A stretch of 33,189 nt of DNA from a virus (taxonomy: Duplodnaviria; Caudoviricetes). A model generated the notes under the pieces. The model searched no databases and had not been told where the DNA came from. It was given only the letters and a program-made list of their open reading frames with translations. Made by a program: the position numbers and the translations under genes. The stretch lies in the IMG/VR virus record IMGVR_UViG_3300010293_000023, positions 1 through 33,189 of that record; one strand, 5' to 3'. Positions 26,318 through 33,189 of this stretch are shown here, in pieces. The first letter of the stretch is position 1, and every line of letters starts with the position of its first letter.

Positions 26318-26671
26318 ATGAAATACAAAACACTTACCCCTGACATTCTGCTGGAGGTTTTGACACGCAAGAAACCGTCGTTCAAAATTATCTTGGAAGC
26401 AGAAGTCACTGTTTCCCAGACAGGAGGGTTGTTTGTCGTCGTCGAAATTGATGAAGTTGAATACATGGTGGACACACTGCGTGAATTCAAAATCATTCTT
26501 ACGGTAGTCAACGACATGTTCGACCAAGTAGAAAGAGGAGTGAAAAACGGCGGAGTCGTCAAACAAATCATAGCAAGAAACACGGAAACAGGAGAAGAAA
26601 TTCTTATTGCCGAAGAAAAACTTACGGAAGCGGAAGATGAAGAGGATGATGACCCAAAAATACTTTCTTAA
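26318..26671 (+). CDS. Hypothetical protein with acidic tail
   Basis: GAAAGG RBS before MKYK. Confidence 0.7.
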   Translation: MKYKTLTPDILLEVLTRKKPSFKIILEAEVTVSQTGGLFVVVEIDEVEYMVDTLREFKIILTVVNDMFDQVERGVKNGGVVKQIIARNTETGEEILIAEEKLTEAEDEEDDDPKILS

Positions 26672-26704
26672 ATGTGTATAAAGGCATAGCATTTTACCAA
26701 AAGG

Positions 26705-26715
26705 TGTGCTATAAT
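26705..26715 (+). promoter_or_regulatory. Extended -10 promoter TGTGCTATAAT upstream of the replication module
   Basis: TGnTATAAT in an intergenic gap, 23 nt before ATG 26738. Confidence 0.65.
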
Positions 26716-26737
26716 GTAAATGAAAGAGAGGCACAAT

Positions 26738-26956
26738 ATGAAAAATCTATTGGATGACGCGTATAAGAAGACCGATTTAATGAGGTGTGTCTTGACATTA
26801 TTGTTCGGAATAATTGCATACATAGTGTTTAGTGATATTTATATCGCGATTTTTACTGTGGTTGTAATCACCCTCGCACATGAGTTACCGACCATATTTA
26901 TGGCATGGTACATTTTCAGAAAGGAGAACCTAAATGACTACCCAAATGACCGTTAG
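26738..26956 (+). CDS. Small membrane protein
   Basis: GAGG RBS; two hydrophobic segments. Confidence 0.65.
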   Translation: MKNLLDDAYKKTDLMRCVLTLLFGIIAYIVFSDIYIAIFTVVVITLAHELPTIFMAWYIFRKENLNDYPNDR

Positions 26957-27170
26957 GGACAGTGAGGACTACCAAGAAGTGTATGGAGTAATGACGTTCC
27001 ACGGAACACAAAACTTTACTCAAGAAACACGAGAACAATTAGAGGACATTATTGACTACGTTCGTGACAATTGTGATGATTGGGGTATCACGGACATTGT
27101 GGATGCTTTCCTCGCCGCAGGGTTCGACGTAGAGTATAACGAACTACCAGACCTATTCATTCGCGTTTAA
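26934..27170 (+). CDS. Small acidic hypothetical protein
   Basis: GAAAGGAG RBS, 78 aa, D/E-rich. Confidence 0.75.
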   Translation: MTTQMTVRDSEDYQEVYGVMTFHGTQNFTQETREQLEDIIDYVRDNCDDWGITDIVDAFLAAGFDVEYNELPDLFIRV

Positions 27171-27191
27171 CAAACACAAAGGAGAAACAAA

Positions 27192-28142
27192 ATGAACGAG
27201 AAAAACGAATTCGCTACAACGCTTTTACCAAATCCTAATGCTAGGGACAAGTGGGCGCAAGTCTTCCACGACAATTACTTTGGGCGTTCCCCAGAGGCGA
27301 AGTCACTTGAACCATTCCTCAAACAAACGTACAAAGGCAACACCTATGTACCGTGGGCAGTCATGGAACGCTTGACGTACATGCAAGACCCGAACGCAGT
27401 ATTTATCAAAATTAAGAACGAGCATGGCGGTTTGGTGCATACCGATACCCTCGTGATTGAGTCACTTGTCAAAGGCGAAACATCCAGAGTCATGTCATGT
27501 TCCCACTTTGTAGAAGTATCACTTACTTTCTTAGGTAAGACCTTCGTTGAGAACTACCCTGTACAAGACGCGTCGTATGGCGCTCCGAAAATGTATGAGC
27601 AAAATCAAGTCAACAAAGCGTTACAACGTGCGTTGGCAAAAGTCGCGAGTCGTGCGACAGGACTTGGGTTGTCGCTTTATGAGAGTGGGGACTTGAACTT
27701 CGACGACACCGTGGAAACTACATCAATCCCCAGACCTGAAGTCAAGCGTTCTGTATCTGAAAAGACCACTGAAATGCTGACCAAAGTCGAAGAACCTGCG
27801 CCTGTTGTGGAAGAACCGAAGGTTGAAGAACCTGTGAAAAAAATCACAAGGAGCGCACCCAAACAAAAAATTGAAATTGAACCTACACCTGCAATAGTTG
27901 AACCTGTGGTTGAACCAATTGTATTGGATGACACGGATGTAGATAGAGTGATTGCCATTATCAAGAACGAGGAACTCAAAGCGAAAGTGCTTGCTGCGTT
28001 ACGTAGTTTCAATCCGTCGTTCATCAAGAATTATGGCATGACGATTACCACAACAGATAGCATTGAAGAACTTCGTGAGAAGTTGAGCAAGTTGTCTGAT
28101 GTAGATAAGTTCTTAAGAGCACTAGAAAGGGTGACACAATGA
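27192..28142 (+). CDS. Sak3/DUF1071-like (Rad52-related) ssDNA annealing protein
   Basis: TYVPWA, YPVQD and NKALQRALAK..TGLGLSLY motifs; P/E/V/K-rich linker and C-terminal helical domain. Confidence 0.75.
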   Translation: MNEKNEFATTLLPNPNARDKWAQVFHDNYFGRSPEAKSLEPFLKQTYKGNTYVPWAVMERLTYMQDPNAVFIKIKNEHGGLVHTDTLVIESLVKGETSRVMSCSHFVEVSLTFLGKTFVENYPVQDASYGAPKMYEQNQVNKALQRALAKVASRATGLGLSLYESGDLNFDDTVETTSIPRPEVKRSVSEKTTEMLTKVEEPAPVVEEPKVEEPVKKITRSAPKQKIEIEPTPAIVEPVVEPIVLDDTDVDRVIAIIKNEELKAKVLAALRSFNPSFIKNYGMTITTTDSIEELREKLSKLSDVDKFLRALERVTQ

Positions 28143-28798
28143 ACGTAAAAAGACGACTCTTCCAAGAGTTCGGACAACTTGACAACAACCGATACTACTA
28201 CGCAAACATCCATAATGAATTTTATTATGGGGTATCAACTTTGTTTCATTACAAAGAGCGTAGTGTGTGGGGGGACAAGGACTTAGCAGAAGAAGAGTCC
28301 TTCATCACAACCAAGATACCTGAAGCAGTGATGGTTTTCTTGGAACGATTTGTACAACATGTAGAAGAACAAGGTGTAGAAGGTGGAGCAATGGACTTCG
28401 TGAAAGTACGTGAGCAAATCAAAGAGAAGATGATTGACTCGGTGCTGTCTGTGTCTGAACCAACACCAACAGTAATGATGTACTTGCAAAAAGTTTCCGA
28501 CTCATTCTATTATGATTGGACAAACAAGGCAGTCAACGCGTACTTGGAAGGCACAGGTCATTGGACACCTATTTACTTCGAGTACAACGGACTCGCCTCA
28601 AGAATGGTGTGGTTGGCGCGTTCCAACGGGGACGTTATCGACATCATCAACTTGAAACTATTCGGTAAGGCAGAGGAAAACGAAGTGACCTCGCTAAAGA
28701 GAATACTGCTCACCGCAGACCTCGTTGAACTCTTCCTCGATAAGATTAGCAGTGGATTACCAAAAAGTCCCGAAGGGCAAAAGGAGAAAACGCAATGA
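28139..28798 (+). CDS. Hypothetical protein in the replication module
   Basis: 219 aa with ATGA overlaps at both ends. Confidence 0.8.
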   Translation: MNVKRRLFQEFGQLDNNRYYYANIHNEFYYGVSTLFHYKERSVWGDKDLAEEESFITTKIPEAVMVFLERFVQHVEEQGVEGGAMDFVKVREQIKEKMIDSVLSVSEPTPTVMMYLQKVSDSFYYDWTNKAVNAYLEGTGHWTPIYFEYNGLASRMVWLARSNGDVIDIINLKLFGKAEENEVTSLKRILLTADLVELFLDKISSGLPKSPEGQKEKTQ

Positions 28799-29313
28799 TA
28801 GACTTAATGAACAAGGCAGTTACACCACGCGAATTCAACAACCAATACGACTTACTACCGAAGGGCACATATAACTGCCAAATCATAACCGTCGGAGAAT
28901 GGAAACCAAAACAAAACACTACGCTTAAGGTCTTTGAGTTTGATGACTCTGCTCGTAAAGTTAAAGACGCAAAGGGCAACGACAAGTACAGCGTACTGAA
29001 AGACGTGACTACGTATAGCGCTCAAATCGTATTTGAGGTTATGGAAGGAACGTTCAAAGGGGTAAAAGTTTATTACTACCTGAACCTACATCCGAATCAA
29101 CCATGGGCAGTGCCTGCGTTCTTAAGCGCATGTGGTATCACGGATGAAGTACATCCACGCGAGATTGAATCGCTCTGCAAGGGTTCATTGGTAGCAGTGA
29201 CCGTCGAAACGGAAACGTATAACAAAGAAATTGAGGACAAAACAACAGGTGCTGTGACAATCGAAGAGCGCGAACGCAACACCGTTAAGAGAATTAAACC
29301 TTACAGTCTGTAA
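28795..29313 (+). CDS. DUF669-like OB-fold single-stranded DNA-binding protein
   Basis: YDLLPKGTYNCQI, FEVMEGTFKG, FLSACGI and RNTVKRI motifs; directly upstream of the primase. Confidence 0.7.
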   Translation: MIDLMNKAVTPREFNNQYDLLPKGTYNCQIITVGEWKPKQNTTLKVFEFDDSARKVKDAKGNDKYSVLKDVTTYSAQIVFEVMEGTFKGVKVYYYLNLHPNQPWAVPAFLSACGITDEVHPREIESLCKGSLVAVTVETETYNKEIEDKTTGAVTIEERERNTVKRIKPYSL

Positions 29314-29314
29314 G

Positions 29315-32068
29315 ATGGACTTCTTTCGGAAATATTATTCAGGGGTCGAGTTTGCAGGGGACGAAGTTAAAGTGCTTTGTCCCTTTCATTCCGACACGCA
29401 TCCGTCAGCGTATATCAACACAAATGACTCACTGTTTTATTGTCATGTTTGTCAATGGGGAGGAAATGAAGAGCAATTCGTTGCTAAATTAAACAACATT
29501 TCAAGAAAAAACGCTGCGAAATTATTGGGACACATGGACAGGTACCCTATCAAATGGGAAGACACCTACCAAGTGGACTTGTGGGCGAACGCTGACTTTC
29601 TGAGTAAAGTGCGCTCTTTGGGATTAAGTCAAGAAACGATTGAAGAGATGAAACTTGGTCTTGTCAGTGTATTGGGTAAGGAAACGCTAGGAATACCTGT
29701 GTTCTACAACAAAGTGTTAGTGGACATACGCAGGTATAACCTACTGAAACATCCGAAGTTGCCTAAACTTATGGGGAACGAAGGAGCGCAAACAGGGTAC
29801 GTCATTCCTTATGATTTATGGGACAAGACTTTGCCAACTTATGTATTCGAGGGTGAGAAGGACATGCTTATAGCACGAGAACTTGGACTCAATGCAATCA
29901 CATTAACAGGTGGTGCTGGTGCGGTACCGAATGAGTCAACGTTACCAGCGTTCAAAAACACCGAGTTGATACTGTGTTATGACAATGATGACGCAGGTCG
30001 TGATGGCATGGATAACTTGTTCGCTCACCTACACAAAACATGTAGCAGTATTAAGTATATCAACATTGCAGACAGGGTATCAGAACCCAAAGAGGACTTC
30101 TATGATTACGTCATGAAGTACCAAGGCGACGTGTTTGATTTCCTGTCATTATATACCCACGATTTCGATAAAGAGATTGTTAAAAAACGCTTTGCACCTA
30201 CAACCCTTGCCAAAGCATTAGGGGAGAACAAGTTGCGTACAGAACTTACAAGTATCGTTACAGTTACGAGTGAGTTTGTGGACAACTTCGGAGTACCTAC
30301 GGTTGCCAAGTTTACAAAAGGTGCAGAAACGAAACGGAAACATGAGAAGATGTCTGAAGGCGAGGTACGTATGTGGTACTTGGAAGAGTCAAACCCTGAT
30401 GAGTTACTACAATTGATTGAGTCGGATGCCAAACTCTCCCAGCAGAACAACAACCTATTGCGCTTTGCTGGTATCAGTAAAGACGAAGAGAATGTGTCCA
30501 TTGAGAAGTACGAGTTCCAAACCGTGTACTTAAACACCGTCATAGATAAAAGCACTGACGGTAACGGTATCGCGTTGGATGTATATTCCTTCGGCAAACT
30601 CAAAGTCGGTCAGCAATACGAAATAAGGTATAAGATTTACAACCACCCTACGAAACATCAAAAGTTAGTGGCGGTGTGCTACGAGTATAGACACATAGGT
30701 TCCAACGACGATTACAAGTTAGATAGGAGTCTGTTGTCACAATTCAAAACCAAAGGCACGATAGCAGAGCGGATTGATTATCTCTACCAAAGTGCCAAAC
30801 ATCATGTAGCGAAACACATGGATTTCAATATTTGGTTAGCGTCAGACTTGGTGTTCAACTCTATCTTGGAGATTGATTACGGAGAACGAATGTCAGGCGC
30901 GCTGGACATATTCATTCTTGGTGACACGCAGGTAGGTAAATCCGAAACGACTTCAAAACTTACAGGGTTGTATGAGTTCGGTCACTTCCTGTCACTCAAG
31001 ACTTCGACTACCGTCGGTTTGATTGGCGGTTCCACAAGTGTACATGGCGCTTGGTGTAATACCATTGGTGCTATACCACGCCAGCATAAACGGTTGGTGG
31101 TTCTTGAGGAGTTCAGCGGTGCAAAACCAGACTTCATTAAGACCATGACGGACATAAGAACCAGCAAAGTCTTACGACTTGCACGCGCTTCTGGGGAACT
31201 TGAGGTGGACTGTCACCTACGGATGATAACCATTTCAAACCCTATCAATGACGAAACAGGTGCACCTCGGTTCCTGTCCTCATTCCCTAACGGTGTTATT
31301 CCAGCAATGGAACTTATTAAGTCCCAAGAAGACGTGTCCAGATATGACGCGTTCCTGATGACACCAAAGAAAGACACCCGTTCAAACCCGTTTACTCACG
31401 CATTGAAAGGCACACCGATAGACAAGAAGTGCTACGTTCATAAAGCAGAATGGGTAACGTCACGTAAACCAGAGAACGTCAAGTTCGACGAAGGAATTGA
31501 GTCTTACATCTGGGAACAAGGCGAGTACTTGAACAGCAAGTTTGAATGTAACTTCCCTGTATTCGGTGCGACTACTGCCAAGAAGTTGGCGAAGTTTAGT
31601 GTAGCGTTGGCAAGTTTAATACTCAACACGGATGAAACCATGGAGAACATCCTCGTCACAAAAGAAATCGTGGACTACATGGTGGAGTTCATCATCAAGA
31701 TTTACAGTTCGGAGTCGTTTGGGTTAGACCGATACAAAGAAGAGTACGACAGTCACAATGAATTCACACAAGATGACGTGGTGCTACTTGAGAAACTCTA
31801 CCCAGCAAATGCAATCCTGTTCGACTTTCTTGCGAAACAAAGCAAGACGACACGTAGTAACTTACGTACGGTATCTGGGTTGGAGGGAGATAAGTTCAAC
31901 CCAATATTCAATCAGTTGGTTACACTTAAGTTTATCAGGATTAGCATGGAAACGGTGTACCCTACCGAAAAGTATCGGAAGGTGTACCCACTTATCAATA
32001 AGTTTTCAATCAACACAGGCGGAACACTGATAGGTGCCGTCAATAAAGGAGGACAAAATGTTAGATAG
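29315..32068 (+). CDS. Primase-helicase: CHC2 zinc finger, TOPRIM and MCM-like AAA+ domain
   Basis: CPFH...CHVC; FEGEKD and YDNDDAG (TOPRIM); GDTQVGKS, TTVGLIGG, VLEEF, ISNP and SRYD. Confidence 0.88.
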   Translation: MDFFRKYYSGVEFAGDEVKVLCPFHSDTHPSAYINTNDSLFYCHVCQWGGNEEQFVAKLNNISRKNAAKLLGHMDRYPIKWEDTYQVDLWANADFLSKVRSLGLSQETIEEMKLGLVSVLGKETLGIPVFYNKVLVDIRRYNLLKHPKLPKLMGNEGAQTGYVIPYDLWDKTLPTYVFEGEKDMLIARELGLNAITLTGGAGAVPNESTLPAFKNTELILCYDNDDAGRDGMDNLFAHLHKTCSSIKYINIADRVSEPKEDFYDYVMKYQGDVFDFLSLYTHDFDKEIVKKRFAPTTLAKALGENKLRTELTSIVTVTSEFVDNFGVPTVAKFTKGAETKRKHEKMSEGEVRMWYLEESNPDELLQLIESDAKLSQQNNNLLRFAGISKDEENVSIEKYEFQTVYLNTVIDKSTDGNGIALDVYSFGKLKVGQQYEIRYKIYNHPTKHQKLVAVCYEYRHIGSNDDYKLDRSLLSQFKTKGTIAERIDYLYQSAKHHVAKHMDFNIWLASDLVFNSILEIDYGERMSGALDIFILGDTQVGKSETTSKLTGLYEFGHFLSLKTSTTVGLIGGSTSVHGAWCNTIGAIPRQHKRLVVLEEFSGAKPDFIKTMTDIRTSKVLRLARASGELEVDCHLRMITISNPINDETGAPRFLSSFPNGVIPAMELIKSQEDVSRYDAFLMTPKKDTRSNPFTHALKGTPIDKKCYVHKAEWVTSRKPENVKFDEGIESYIWEQGEYLNSKFECNFPVFGATTAKKLAKFSVALASLILNTDETMENILVTKEIVDYMVEFIIKIYSSESFGLDRYKEEYDSHNEFTQDDVVLLEKLYPANAILFDFLAKQSKTTRSNLRTVSGLEGDKFNPIFNQLVTLKFIRISMETVYPTEKYRKVYPLINKFSINTGGTLIGAVNKGGQNVR

Positions 32069-32540
32069 AATTATCGTCAACGGTATCGACATCACGGATT
32101 ACCGCAACCACCCACGTATTTTGGAACTGCGCTTTGTCGCAATCTATGACAGGTGGTACAGAGAGTTCGGAGAACGCGCAGATGGAATCCTCGTTGGATT
32201 AGCGTCTGCGTTCCACTGCGACATCACGAAGTTACGTGTTGTTGCTAACCAGGCACCTGCGATTCGCAAGATAACCAAAGGTCAACGAGTTAAGAACATT
32301 CAAGAGCATGTATTCATGGGCGAAGTTTGGAGAGAGGCACGGTACACCACTGCCGGTAAGTACATGAACCTGTCCACTAAGACGCTGTACTCACAAAAAG
32401 AGTACATCCCTAAGAACTTCTTGGACACCGCGTGGTTAGCGACATTGGACGGAGAGGTAGTTGCTTGTGGTCTGAAACAGTACGCTACTGAATTAGAGCG
32501 ATTCCTTGAGTCACACCACGCACTTTCAAAGGTGATATAA
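32058..32540 (+). CDS. Hypothetical protein
   Basis: AAGGAGG RBS before MLDRII. Confidence 0.75.
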   Translation: MLDRIIVNGIDITDYRNHPRILELRFVAIYDRWYREFGERADGILVGLASAFHCDITKLRVVANQAPAIRKITKGQRVKNIQEHVFMGEVWREARYTTAGKYMNLSTKTLYSQKEYIPKNFLDTAWLATLDGEVVACGLKQYATELERFLESHHALSKVI

Positions 32541-33189
32541 TGTTCGCCTTCCAAAAGTTCGGTTATGAAACAACCATTGTAGAGAGTGAAGCACAGGCGC
32601 TGGAGTTGCTAAAAACAATTCCAGCGCATATCTCCCTTATGGGTTTCGACACAGAAACCACAGGATTACATATCATTTCTGACAGACCGTTCCTTATGGT
32701 TGTTGGTTATGACAAACGTATATTCTGTCTTGAGGCGACGGAAACGTGGCAAGTTAATTTTGTTAAAGAACTTATGTTTCGTTCGGACATGGTGTTTGCG
32801 CACAACGCGAAGTTTGATTATCACATGCTGTACAACACACTATGGATTACAGCAGAGGAACTTCGACGTATTAAGTGGGCAGACAGCATGGCAGTTGCAA
32901 GACTCACGCAGTACGCAGATGAAACGGCACGTCTATCGTTAGAGAAGTTGGCGAAAGAATACGTGTTGACTACTGCAAAGGAATCTGGTTCGGCTATCAA
33001 GTCGCGTATTCAAGAACTTAACCGCAGTTCTAAAGCCTATACGAAGGAATGTTTCAAAGAATTATTCCCAGATTTAAGTTTTGAAGAAGAGTTTGATATG
33101 TACATGAATTCACATATACCTTATGCAAAACCATTCAACACAGATGTTCACACGTTCTTCTACTGCACTTATGCAGATGCAAATTATTA
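32540..33189 (+). CDS. Family A DNA polymerase, N-terminal 3'-5' exonuclease domain (truncated by window edge; not in ORF track)
   Basis: TAATG-coupled start; Exo I GFDTETTGL, Exo II FAHNAKFDYHML, WADSM and LSLEKLA. The polymerase domain itself is not visible. Confidence 0.8.
   Translation, partial: MFAFQKFGYETTIVESEAQALELLKTIPAHISLMGFDTETTGLHIISDRPFLMVVGYDKRIFCLEATETWQVNFVKELMFRSDMVFAHNAKFDYHMLYNTLWITAEELRRIKWADSMAVARLTQYADETARLSLEKLAKEYVLTTAKESGSAIKSRIQELNRSSKAYTKECFKELFPDLSFEEEFDMYMNSHIPYAKPFNTDVHTFFYCTYADANY

Noticed and set aside
27780-27920. GTTGAAGAACC/GTTGAACC repeats in the Sak3-like gene
   Set aside because: They encode a V-E-(E)-P low-complexity linker; no sign of a DNA-level role.
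32700-32942. 80-aa plus-strand ORF
   Set aside because: Out-of-frame shadow inside the polymerase exonuclease domain that starts at 32540.
1-33189. Stop-codon reassignment, tRNAs, integrase/repressor, introns or inteins
   Set aside because: Genes are intact and tightly packed under code 11, with TGA, TAG and TAA all used as stops; no such elements were recognised. Lifestyle cannot be settled from a partial genome.

Overview
The window is a 33 kb internal segment of a tailed dsDNA bacteriophage with podovirus-like morphogenesis genes. Strong AGGAGG/GAAAGGAG ribosome-binding sites, extended -10 promoters and an M23 endolysin suggest a Bacillota host (inference). It has two divergent arms that meet at about 17.1-17.35 kb. 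The minus arm, in transcription order, encodes a metallophosphoesterase, a three-gene fibre module with chaperone, decayed fibre relics, holin, M23 endolysin, TerS, TerL, portal, scaffold, N4-gp56-type major capsid, adaptor, tail tubular/nozzle protein, tail fibre and a truncated probable internal virion protein. The plus arm encodes many small early ORFans, a MoxR-like AAA+/VWA pair, a Sak3-like annealase, a DUF669-like SSB, a DnaG-type primase fused to an MCM-like helicase, and a truncated family A DNA polymerase. The most notable non-coding structure is (i) a repeated two-hairpin element with a compensatory base-pair change between the first early genes, (ii) a ~60 bp inverted repeat flanking an AT-rich core (candidate origin), (iii) repeated terminator plus extended -10 promoter junctions in the late arm, and (iv) apparent depletion of GATC, AGCT and GGCC. 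All family calls come from motifs read by eye; no searches were run.
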